A stretch of DNA of 64,000 nucleotides, taken from NCBI GenBank assembly GCA_964270895.1, contig OZ185442.1; one strand, given 5' to 3'. This document shows positions 1 to 8,860 of this stretch, in pieces. Made by a program: the position numbers and the translations under genes. The notes below the pieces were generated by a model. It searched no databases and was not told where the DNA came from. It worked only from the letters and a program-made list of their open reading frames with translations. Source of the stretch: Podarcis filfolensis (taxonomy: Eukaryota). The stretch's first letter is position 1, and each line of letters starts with the position of its first letter.

Positions 1-95
1 CCTCCTCCACCTCTTCATCTTCATCCAGGTCCCCTTCCTCCTCCATTTCCAGGCTCTCTTCCTCTGTTGGGATGCGTCCTGTGGGAACCTTGTTG
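1..95 (-). CDS. APLP1: APLP1 exon 6, 5' part (acidic domain), runs off the window
   Basis: Acceptor ggttctttcttcAG at 97-96 with branch-point-like CTGAC about 20 nt upstream. The phase-2 join to exon 5 gives (S)NKVPTGRIPTEEESLEMEEEGDLDEDEEVEE, the expected APP-family acidic region. Absent from the ORF track. Confidence 0.85.
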
Positions 96-432
96 CTGAA
101 GAAAGAACCATCCGGTCAGGAGACTGCACAATAGATACTTGAAGGGAAGAGTGTGCATTTTGGGGGGTCTTTCTGGCAAGGGGGAAACTGTGTGGGGAAC
201 ACCTTGCAGAACATCTGAAGCAGTGTGAATGCCACCTGGGTGGAAGCAAATATGGCCTTGAATTTTGCACAATTAAAAACCTGAATTAAAATAAATTCTG
301 ATTATTTTGTGGGGGTGGGGAATAGATGGCAATTTCCCAACATGGATCCCCTTAAGCTCCAAAGTGTCCCACACTGCACGCCATCAACATTAAGGGGCGA
401 GTGGCAAGTGTAACTTGGGGTCGTTTGCTCAC

Positions 433-611
433 CTGTGCAGGGCCTCCTCTCTCAGATGGGCAAGGATCTGGGGTGCCTCAGTGGCTTGTTCCAGCCTGAG
501 AGCTGTGGGGCGTGCAGGGCAGCACACATATTCGACCCCACGGAAGCGGTCTGCCCCACAGGGCAACAGCATGCCATAGCTGTGAAGCTCCAACTCCTCA
601 CCGCTGCAGGC
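433..611 (-). CDS. APLP1: APLP1 exon 5 (copper-binding domain C-terminal half), 179 nt, phase 0 to 2
   Basis: cccAG|GCC...CACAG|GTGAG. Encodes [35 protein letters not shown]..., and [12 protein letters not shown] is the APLP1-type motif. Confidence 0.95.
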
Positions 612-1439
612 CTGGGAATGGGAGATGAACAATGTCAGAATGCTGCTAAGTCACTCATTGGCTCAGTTCAGACATCACACCAAAGCATGATTTGCACTAG
701 CCATTGTGCTTTGAACCTGTGCTATGGTTTGAGCTTCAAGATGTACAGCAAGCAAGCCATGGTTCGCAGCCACTTGTCTCCTTTCATTTTCCATCTGCTC
801 AACACACACCTTCACCCCTCTCACCATGGGGCAACAGCCTCTTTGAAGGCAGAACAATGACCCTAACTGTGGTTTGTGACTTCAGATGCCACAGCAAACT
901 GTGGTTAGTACAAACCATGGTTTGCAACCCCCCCCCCCCAGTTCGTGGTTTGGATATTCTTATTTGGCAGACTTTCACAGAACATGGTTTGTAAACTGGC
1001 ATAAAAAGACGGACATAGTACCAATTCATGGTTTCCAATTATGTTTGAATGCAACCAATTCTCACTGTGAGGTTGGCGAACTTTACATTTAAAAGAAAAT
1101 TAAAATTCTGCATCAAAGTATCTCAAAACTCTGTTATGGGGAATACCAAACAAATCATGCAACTTGTAGACCTTTTGCAAATTAAACACATCTACATGAT
1201 TTCTCCCGCTGTGCATGATATATTCTACACTTTAAAACTGGTTTTCCTAATTTATCCCACTTTCTGCTACTCCAGAGTGGGGCAGGGCAAAGAAGAAATA
1301 ACACAGGGACCTGAAACCTCATCCCTCAGCTAGAAACCTTATCCAGCAGCCATTCTTGTTTCTGAGATTTTGGCAGACACTGATTGCACCGTGCCAACAT
1401 TATTTTCATACTCATGAGGTCTAAAAACTTTTTTTTTAT

Positions 1440-1915
1440 AAAGAAAACCTATGTTTTTTGGAAGCCCTCCTATCTTATTTTACTCCTCAGATTAAGAACA
1501 TAACCAATAAAGACCTCATCCTCCATTTATTAACTGCAGTGAGATTAGTGACTGCAAAAAAGGGGGAAACTTTAAAAGCCTGGATTTCACAAGTATTGGA
1601 CATTGTGCATATTGACAAATTAACTAATTCACAAAAGGAATATCCGCCTTGGGGTGGGGAGAAAGACTCACACCTTCTAAACGACATGGTATCCTTTTAT
1701 TGACTTGGTTAAGGGAACCAGACAGGGTTTTCACCCTCCATTGATTTACGGAACCTTATGGCTACTTTCATTTGGCTGCCTTTCTTGGAACATATAAAGC
1801 TACAACCATCAGCTCCTATTTTTTCTTTCTTTTCTGTATGCCTACTAAGCTCTGTATTCCTTGTATGGATATGTTTTGTAACTTGAAATTAAAAAGCAGC
1901 AAAAAACCCCACACT
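1440..1915 (+). mobile_element. L1/Tx1-type LINE 3' fragment (degraded)
   Basis: ORF 1458..1703 (LLTAVRLVTAK...W...IDKLT) resembles the L1-clade ORF2 C-terminus, followed by an A-rich end. Confidence 0.55.
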
Positions 1916-2329
1916 ATTTTTAAAAAGGAAGCTAAATTCCATAGTTTTCTTCTGTGCTATTGTGAAATTGCCACACACACACACACACACACACACTTAT
2001 ACCATACCAGGAGCGGGCAGCCTTTTTGCGCCCAAGGACCACATGTTAGTGGGTAGGCTCCAGACCTGGCCAGGACTACTATCTCCCTCGTCTCCCATTC
2101 ACAAATGCACCCAGTTCACACAAACTCTCCCCTTTATCACTTATCTGACACACAGACTCACAATCCCAGACACCCACACATTCCCTCCGTGTTCCCCTCC
2201 TCTCACACGCAACACAACAGCTGCCTAGCTCTGCAGGAACTTCCATGTTTCCTCTGCTCCCCAACCCAAAAAGAAAGTCAGCGGTAAAAATGACTTGCTT
2301 GACATGATTTACAGTATTATTATTTATTT

Positions 2330-2790
2330 ATTTTACTTCTATACTGCCCTATAACCGAAGGTCTCAGGGCAGTTCACATGAAAAATCACTTACATAAAAT
2401 CAAAACAAAAACCAGATTAACCCCCCTCCTGAAAAGAGCCAGCATTTTAAAAAGGGTATAGGATGTCAGGTCAGGCAAAGGCCTGGTTGAAAAGGAATGT
2501 TTTTGCCTGGCGCCTAAAGATGTATAGTGAAGGCACCAGGCGGACTTCCCTGGGGAGAGCATTCCACAGAGGGGGAGCCACTGCAGAGAAGGCCCGTTCT
2601 CGTGTTGCCATCCTCCGGACCTCTTGAGGAGGAGGCACACGAAGAAGGGCCTCAGAAGATGATCTCAGGGTCCAATAGGTTCATATGGGAAGAGGCAGGC
2701 CTTAAGGTATTGCGGTCCTGAGCTGTTTAAGGCTTTATACATCAAAACCAGCACTTTGAATTGAGCCCAGAAATTAATTGTAGGTTTCAT
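2330..2790 (-). mobile_element. L2 LINE 3' fragment (older subfamily)
   Basis: Shares the L2 3' motifs (ttccacag...gagaaggccc, cagcactttgaattg) and has a TTTA-type tail at the left end. Confidence 0.65.
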
Positions 2791-2942
2791 TATATCACAG
2801 TCATCCTCCAAGGACATTTAATAGGAAACTTGGGAGGTTAAAAGTTATCATTGCTAGCATCCTACTTTGGGAGGAAGTGGCGAGGGTTATCAAAAACCAG
2901 CCTGTAACTGCGGCACAAACACTCTCTCAACATCCCTTAAAG

Positions 2943-3078
2943 CACTGTTTCCCAAACTGGGGCCTCCAGCTGTTTTTGGACTACAACTCCCATCATCCCT
3001 AGGACCAGTGGTCAGGGATGATGGGAATTGTAGTCCAAAAAGAACAACAACCCAAGACCCAAGTTTGGGAAAACACTG
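2943..3078. mobile_element. About 135-bp palindromic hAT-type MITE (abundant family)
   Basis: TIR ca(c/g)tgtttcccaaact...agtttgggaaaacactg and an internal palindrome ctacaactcccatcatccc/gggatgatgggaattgtag. Imperfect 8-bp TSD ccttaaag/ttttaaag. Relatives at about 4236-4372, 5207-5335 (gtctagac/gtctgcac), 8024-8159, 22691-22826, 31030-31168, 31784-31905 (gtttaaac/gtttagac), 36085-36195, 37785-37915, 44985-45090 and 62205-62330. Confidence 0.8.
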
Positions 3079-3345
3079 TTTTAAAGAGTCTTGGCAGCCT
3101 CTTCACCTTCAGCAGAGCTTGCCTTAAAGCAGGGGTAGGGACTTGTTTTCAAGTCCCTGGAGAAAGGGAAAGAGGGCAGGTGGAGGATATACTAAAATGG
3201 GCAGAGCTTTGGAAGGGGGAGTTTTCTACAAACCATCGACTGAGACCTTGGGCAAGAGTGATCTTCCCTTCCCAAGGCAGCCCACTCAGCAGTGGGGAAA
3301 AGAGAGAAAGGAAAGGGGAGGCTGGCAGATCGCTCCTGAGAGAAT

Positions 3346-3700
3346 GTCATAGAATCATAGAGTTGGAAGAGACCACAAGGGCCATCGAGTCCAACCCCCT
3401 GCCAAGCAGGAAACACCATCAGAGCACTCCTGACATATGGTTGTCAAGCCTCTGCTTAAAGACCTCCAAAGAAGGAGACTCCACCACACTCCTTGGCAGC
3501 AAATTCCACTGTCGAACAGCTCTTACTGTCAGGAAGTTCTTCCTAATGTTTAGGTGGAATCTTCTTTCTTGTAGTTTGGATCCATTGCTCCGTGTCCGCT
3601 TCTCTGGAGCAGCAGAAAACAACCTTTCTCCCTCCTCTATGTGACATCCTTTTATATATTTGAACATGGCTATCATATCACCCCTTAACCTCCTCTTCTC
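3346..3700 (-). mobile_element. CR1 LINE 3' end (well preserved)
   Basis: ORF 3419..3676 (MFKYIKG...RRFHLNIRKNFLTVRAVRQWNLLPRSVVESPSLEVFKQRLD) is the CR1 ORF2 C-terminus, followed by a 3' UTR ending in the ATTCT-type repeat. Confidence 0.92.
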
Positions 3701-3790
3701 TTTTCCCTCAACTGGAAAAATGAAGGTTCTCCCCCCCTTACTTTAAGTATCTGCTACTTTCCCTTCCCTAAGGTGCTTCCAGCTGCTCAC

Positions 3791-3903
3791 CTCTTTGGCC
3801 ACGCTGTGCCAATATAAGTAGGTCTCGCACGAATCCATTTTTTCTTGGTGCAGGAATTTGCACTTGTCGGGCACGAGGAGAGCTTCGCTCACAAATTCAC
3901 CCA
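3791..3903 (-). CDS. APLP1: APLP1 exon 4 (copper-binding domain N-terminal half), 113 nt, phase 1 to 0
   Basis: ctctAG|TG...GAG|GTGAG. Encodes (V)[37 protein letters not shown], the same length as APP exon 4. Absent from the ORF track. Confidence 0.96.
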
Positions 3904-3924
3904 CTAGAGAAGGGACAGAAGGAG

Positions 3925-4125
3925 GCAGCGTTACAATTTATGACCTTTTTAAATAAAAAAATCCCACCCATCCTTGAAAGAGTTCAAGGCAGCGTGCATG
4001 GCCCGTTTTATCCTCATTACAACCCTGTGAGGTAGGAAGGTTGGGGAGAGAGAGTGAAAGATCCAAGGTCATGAAGCTCACTGTGTTGGTTAAGTGGGGA
4101 TTTAAACCCGAGTCTTCCCAAGAAT
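3925..4125 (-). mobile_element. MIR-like (Ther1/Squam3-type) SINE
   Basis: Core ctcattacaaccctgtgaggtagg and a tRNA-like head. Similar copies at about 7368-7570, 17165-17365, 35570-35720, 40440-40570, 53300-53690 (interrupted) and 55362-55550. Confidence 0.65.
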
Positions 4126-4240
4126 GATAGAGTTGCACAGTTGGAAGGGACCCTGAGGGTCATCTAGTCCAACCCCCTGCAATGCAGGAATATGCAGCTG
4201 TTGCTTATGGGGATCGAACCTGCAACCTTTCTAACCAAAC
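4125..4240 (-). mobile_element. tRNA-Ile-headed SINE with CR1-type tail (head truncated)
   Basis: The reverse complement matches the copy at 59491-59650 (aaggttgcaggttcgatcccc...ctgcattgcagggggttggactagatgacc). Confidence 0.75.
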
Positions 4241-4368
4241 CTTCCCCAACCTGGTGCTCCCAGATGTTTTGGACTACTACTCTCATCCACCCCAGCCAGC
4301 AATGGTAAGAGATGATGGGTGCTGCAAGTCCAACAACATCTAGAGATCCAAGGTTGGGAAAGGCTGGT

Positions 4369-4492
4369 GTTGGTAGAGCATGGGACTCTTAATCTCAGGT
4401 CCGTGGGTTCAAGCCCCACATTGGGTAAAAGATCCCTGCATTGCAGGGGGTTGGACTGGATGACCCCTCGTGGTCCCTTGCAACTGTATGAT
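4369..4492 (+). mobile_element. tRNA-Lys(CTT)-headed SINE with CR1-type tail
   Basis: gttggtagagcatgggactcttaatctcagg...gggttcaagccccac is tRNA-Lys-like and its tail matches the CR1 3' UTR. Other copies at 9752-9899(-), 32833-32980(-), 45094-45224(+) and 52002-52146(-). Confidence 0.85.
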
Positions 4493-4707
4493 GAACAAAT
4501 AGTCTGAATCTTCTATAAGCCAGCTTCCTAGATAGCAAGCTTCTCAGAGTCATGCAGCTTACAGCTGGTCCATACGAAGTTCTCATCAGCCCCAGCTAGC
4601 ATGGCTAATGCTAAATGGAGGGCACCAGTCTGGGGCAGGTTGCCCTTAGCACTGCAACACACGGGTGCTTGCTCCTTCTATTTCCCAGTACATTTCTGAG
4701 AACTAGT

Positions 4708-5095
4708 CAAAGTGCAAGTGCTGACCTTTAGGGCTTTGTATGTACTGGGAAATAGGCTCTGTTTACCTGAAGGAGCATCTCCAACCCCATTGCTTAGCCA
4801 GGACATTGAGGTTCAGCTCCGAGGGCCTTCTGGCAGTTTCCTCACTGCAAGAAGTAAGGTTACAGGGAACCAGGCGGAGGGCCTTCTCGGTGGTGGTGCC
4901 CACCCAGTGGAATGCCCTCCCATCAAAAGTCAAGGAGATAAAGAACTAGACAACCTTTAGAAGACACCTGAAGGCAGCCCTGTTTAGGGATGTTTTTAAT
5001 GTTTGATGTTTTGTTATGTTTTTGAATATGCTGGAAGCTGCCCAGAGTGTCTGGGGCAACCCAGTTACATGGGTGGGGTATAAAATATAATAATA
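4708..5095 (+). mobile_element. L2 LINE 3' end (dominant family in window)
   Basis: gagggccttctgg...ggttacagggaaccagg...gaaggcagccctgtttaggga...gcccagagtg...ggggtataaa followed by a microsatellite tail. Copies at 21612-21915(-), 33226-33815(-), 38750-39105(-), 47985-48720(+), 55650-55765(-) and 58045-58182(+). Confidence 0.85.
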
Positions 5096-5098
5096 CAT

Positions 5099-5100
<2 letters not shown>

Positions 5101-5142
<42 letters not shown>
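5101..5142 (+). repeat. (CAA)14 microsatellite, L2 tail
   Basis: Read directly from the sequence. Confidence 0.95.
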
Positions 5143-5143
<1 letters not shown>

Positions 5144-5405
5144 AGCAGCTCAGTAGGAAAGCACTTGCTTTACAAGCAGAGAGACAATGATCTGCAGGGT
5201 CTAGACCAGGAATGGGAAACCTCTGGTGTTTGTTCTCCATGCTGATCAGCTTCCATCAGCCCCTGTCAGTTTAGCCAGGGATGATGGGAAGCGAGGTCCA
5301 ACCACACCTGGAAAGCCACAGCTTCTCCAGCCCTGGTCTGCACGAAATACAGCAAGCACAGCTCTCGTGCCAACTCCCTGCGGCTGTTCCTCATCTGGCA
5401 CTTAC

Positions 5406-5535
5406 CCAGACACTGATAGGGCACCACGATGTGCTGGTGGCCTTTGCATTTGGGCCTCCCCTTCTTGCACCAGTTGTCGATCGTGACGGGCTGGGTGCCC
5501 TCCACGGCGTTGGTGATCTGCAACTCGGGATACAC
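5406..5535 (-). CDS. APLP1: APLP1 exon 3 (growth-factor-like domain), 130 nt, phase 0 to 1
   Basis: cAG|GTG...CTG G|GTAAG. Encodes [43 protein letters not shown]. Confidence 0.96.
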
Positions 5536-8355
5536 CTGCGGGTGGTGCATAGAAGAGGCACACAGATCACAGCAGGGAAGGGGAGACAGGGAGAGGGGAC
5601 ACAAGAGCTTTTGATCCTTACGATGCATCAGAGAACAATGGCACATACATACGCTTCCTTCTCCTCCCTCTGAAGGAGCGCCTTAGAGTGGCAAAGCTGG
5701 AGTTCCTAAGTATAGCGGTGGCCCTACCATGAGGCAGAGGGAGGCAGCCGCCTCAAGCGGTAGGTGCTGAGGAGCAGGGAGCAATAGTGATGTGTTGGGA
5801 GGGCCATCTGTGCATGCTAGGTGGCCTGTTCTGAACCCCGTAAGCTAGCCTGACGCCTTCAGGTGGGGTAGAGGATGCTGCCCTGTTGGTGGTGTTGATG
5901 CCAGCTTCAACTGCAAGTCTTCTCTGGCATGTTTTTGTACAATGAAGGGGAGAGGGTGTCAACTTGAACTGCCCCAGGCAGCCTTGTCTGAGCAGAGCTC
6001 CTTCAGATCGTACTCTGGGCTCAGATTCCATGTTCAAGGCACAGGAGCAGGTGGATGGGTTGCAAGTACAAACAAGAAAAATCCCATTTCCCAAACAAGA
6101 GCAGGGTGAACCTGAAGGGGCAAGGGGCGGACAGCTCATGATAAACTTTGGTGCCTGAAATGGAAAATGGCATCCTTCTGCCAGTGTGTCTCGTATATAC
6201 CTGCCGGGACCCCAAAAACCTTTTCAGAAGACATTTTCTGGATATTGCTGCCAAATGCGGCAAGTCCAGTGGTCACAAGAGACAGTGACTTTTCAGTGGT
6301 GGCTCCTGGCTAGGGAATGCCTTCCTCACTTGTTCACTGCATTGTGCTCTTTTCAGCACCAAGCAAAGACCTTTATATTTCCCCAGTTTCTCTCTCTCCA
6401 GTTTTAGAACTTTTAAAAACAGTTATTTATGCTATTGCTGTTTCTCTTGCTGGTTTTAACTATTTCTGTGGTATATATTCCACAGTGTCTGCAAACACTT
6501 TGAACTCCGAAATCTGCCTCCTCTTCTTTGCTGTAGGACCACCCTTGGGAAAGCCATAGAGCTGCAGTGTTTCTTCCAGGGCAAGAATGGCTATGGAGGA
6601 CCTTTTCTGCTTGCTTCCCCCTTACATCATTTGGCTGGGCTAATTTGTCTGCACCTTTTGACTTAAATCACCACTTAATGGTCCGTTTATTACAATACAA
6701 CGGCATACGTAAGGCGCTTTGAATACTTGAGCATAAATGCAGATGTGGCGTTATTATCCCCATACTGCAGACAGGAATGCTGAGAGGGGGTGGCTGGGCT
6801 AGGGCCAGGTGATGATTTCATGGCAGCTGAGAGAGCTTAAACTTTGAGGAAGGGTCATAGCTCAGTGGTAGAGCATCTGCCTTGCATGCAGAACGTCCCA
6901 GGTTCAATCCCCAGGTAGGGCTGGGAATGTCCAAGTCTGTACTGAGAGCATGCAGGCGTCCTGCGCTTTCCCTGCAAACCGAGTGCTTATTATGATCTGG
7001 ATTAACTGGGGGTAGTGGGAGGGAGGGAGGGAGGGAGGGATGATGCTCCCTTATTACTGCAGGTAGTTGGACTTTCCTGATGCACCAGTGGTGCAGATGC
7101 TTGTCTTGGGTGGGGGGAGTGGCACTGCCGATAACATTCACAAACAGGGTGGCACTCGTATTTGATAGTGGCCTTGCCAAATGCATCTGTATGGGAGAGA
7201 GAAGTCCTAACCAAAGCAGGAGGGCACACAGCTTGGTGTGTGAGAGACAGAAAACAGAAAGGCTGGTGCCAATGCTTCTGGATGCTTGTGTACTTGAGGG
7301 GCTGTCTATCAACGCATTTTGAGATGGACTGGGGACCTCTGATAGTCCTTATATATTACACTGATTCCAACAACCAGCACCCGTGTGGTTTCGTTGGTGT
7401 AGGACCTGGACAAATGGGTTCAAATCCCACTCATTTCACTGGGAGAGCTAGGGCCAGAGACCAACTCTCAGCCTGACCTACCTCACAGGCTTGCTGTGAG
7501 GAAAACATGAGGGAAGGGGGAAATCGTGCATGTCACCTTGAGCCTCCTGGAGGAAAAGTGGGACGTAAAGATAACAGCACACAAAAGATACCAACAAACA
7601 TCACTTTCAGAGCTCATGCCCCCAGGAACCTCAGCATATAGGGAATGGCAGTGGGCAAAGGGACATCATTCTAGAAGTGAGATCATTTATTATTTTCTTG
7701 CTCAGTAGGTTTATAGGCCATCCAATAAGCTTAGCATTGTATACATGGAATGCCCAGGTAGCTAGACAGTCAGGTAAGTGACCTGATTGGTTTCAATGAT
7801 GAATCTCTTCCTGGTGCATGTGTGTGGTTCTTTGTGTACATTTATGACTTTGCAGGCAATGGGAAATATGTCCTGAAACTCTGGATAGCTGCTACCAAGC
7901 TAGCTGGACGAAAAGTCACAGCAGATATAAGGCAAGTTCCTAACCACATCAAATAGCCTTGGGTCATTTCTCTGGACCCAGTTATAGAATAGAAATGGGC
8001 TTCAATGGATTGAGCTGGTAGACCAGTGCTTGCCAAACTTGGGTCGCCAGCTGTTTTTGAACTTCAGTTCCTATCATCCCTGACCATTTGTCCTGCTAGC
8101 TAGGGATGGTGGGAGCTGTAGTCCAAAAACAGCTGGAGACCCAAGTTTGGGAAACGCTGTGGATGAGAAAGACAGGGACAGCCAAGGTTAGATTCACAAT
8201 GGTGTGTGTGTATGTGGATTCCTGTGCAGGGCTAAGCATATGGTTCAGGGTGAATTGAAGCAGAATTGGAAGGTGGAGATGGGACAAGGCAAAAAGGAGA
8301 AGGAGGGCTTGAGGAAGCACTGGGCGTGGAAGAGGAGCAGGCGAGCACTTGATAC

Positions 8356-8523
8356 CTCCTGGCAGTAGCTCCGGATCTCCTCACTGGTGTGGAAGCAGGT
8401 GTTGGTTCCGAAGGCGTCAGGCTCCCAGCGCCCTGTCTGTACATTGAGATGCAGGACCAGCTTCCCACAGAACATGGCCACTTGGGGAGTCCCGAGTGCC
8501 GGGCCAAGGGCTGCCCCCATCCC
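8356..8523 (-). CDS. APLP1: APLP1 exon 2 (growth-factor-like domain), 168 nt, phase 0 to 0
   Basis: ttgcAG|GGG...GAG|GTATC. Encodes GMGAALGPALGTPQVAMFCGKLVLHLNVQTGRWEPDAFGTNTCFHTSEEIRSYCQE. Confidence 0.95.
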
Positions 8524-8802
8524 CTGCAACACACAAAGGGAAGAGAGGGGTGATAAGACGGGCACGTTCTGCAAAACACCAGACACACGTTTGGATCACG
8601 TTGAACAGTCTCCTCCTGGCAGGGCACCTCCCAGAGCTAGCAGGGAAGGGTGTTCCCCGGCCACATCACTCCCATGACCCCCCACGAAGCCTCGCATCTT
8701 CGCATCTACCTGCCCTTTTGCTGTTTCCCTCCCCCCCATCTTTGTTTGCACCATCTCTCTGTCTCTCTCCGTCTTCTCCTCCTCAGCAACCGTGGGGATG
8801 TT

Positions 8803-8860
8803 GTTGCTGTGGCAACCGCTCCCCATGGAGTTGCCAGATCTTCTCTGTTGCCATGGAGAC
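8803..8860. promoter_or_regulatory. Two RFX X-box motifs in APLP1 intron 1
   Basis: GTTGCTGTGGCAAC (8803-8816) and GTTGCCATGGAGAC (8847-8860), against the consensus GTTGCCATGGCAAC. Confidence 0.6.

Noticed and set aside
21-272. 83-aa ORF overlapping APLP1 exon 6
   Set aside because: Wrong frame. The acidic-domain frame entered via the acceptor at 96 is the homologous one.
3018-3644. 208-aa plus-strand ORF
   Set aside because: It is mostly the antisense read of the CR1 fragment plus a MITE.
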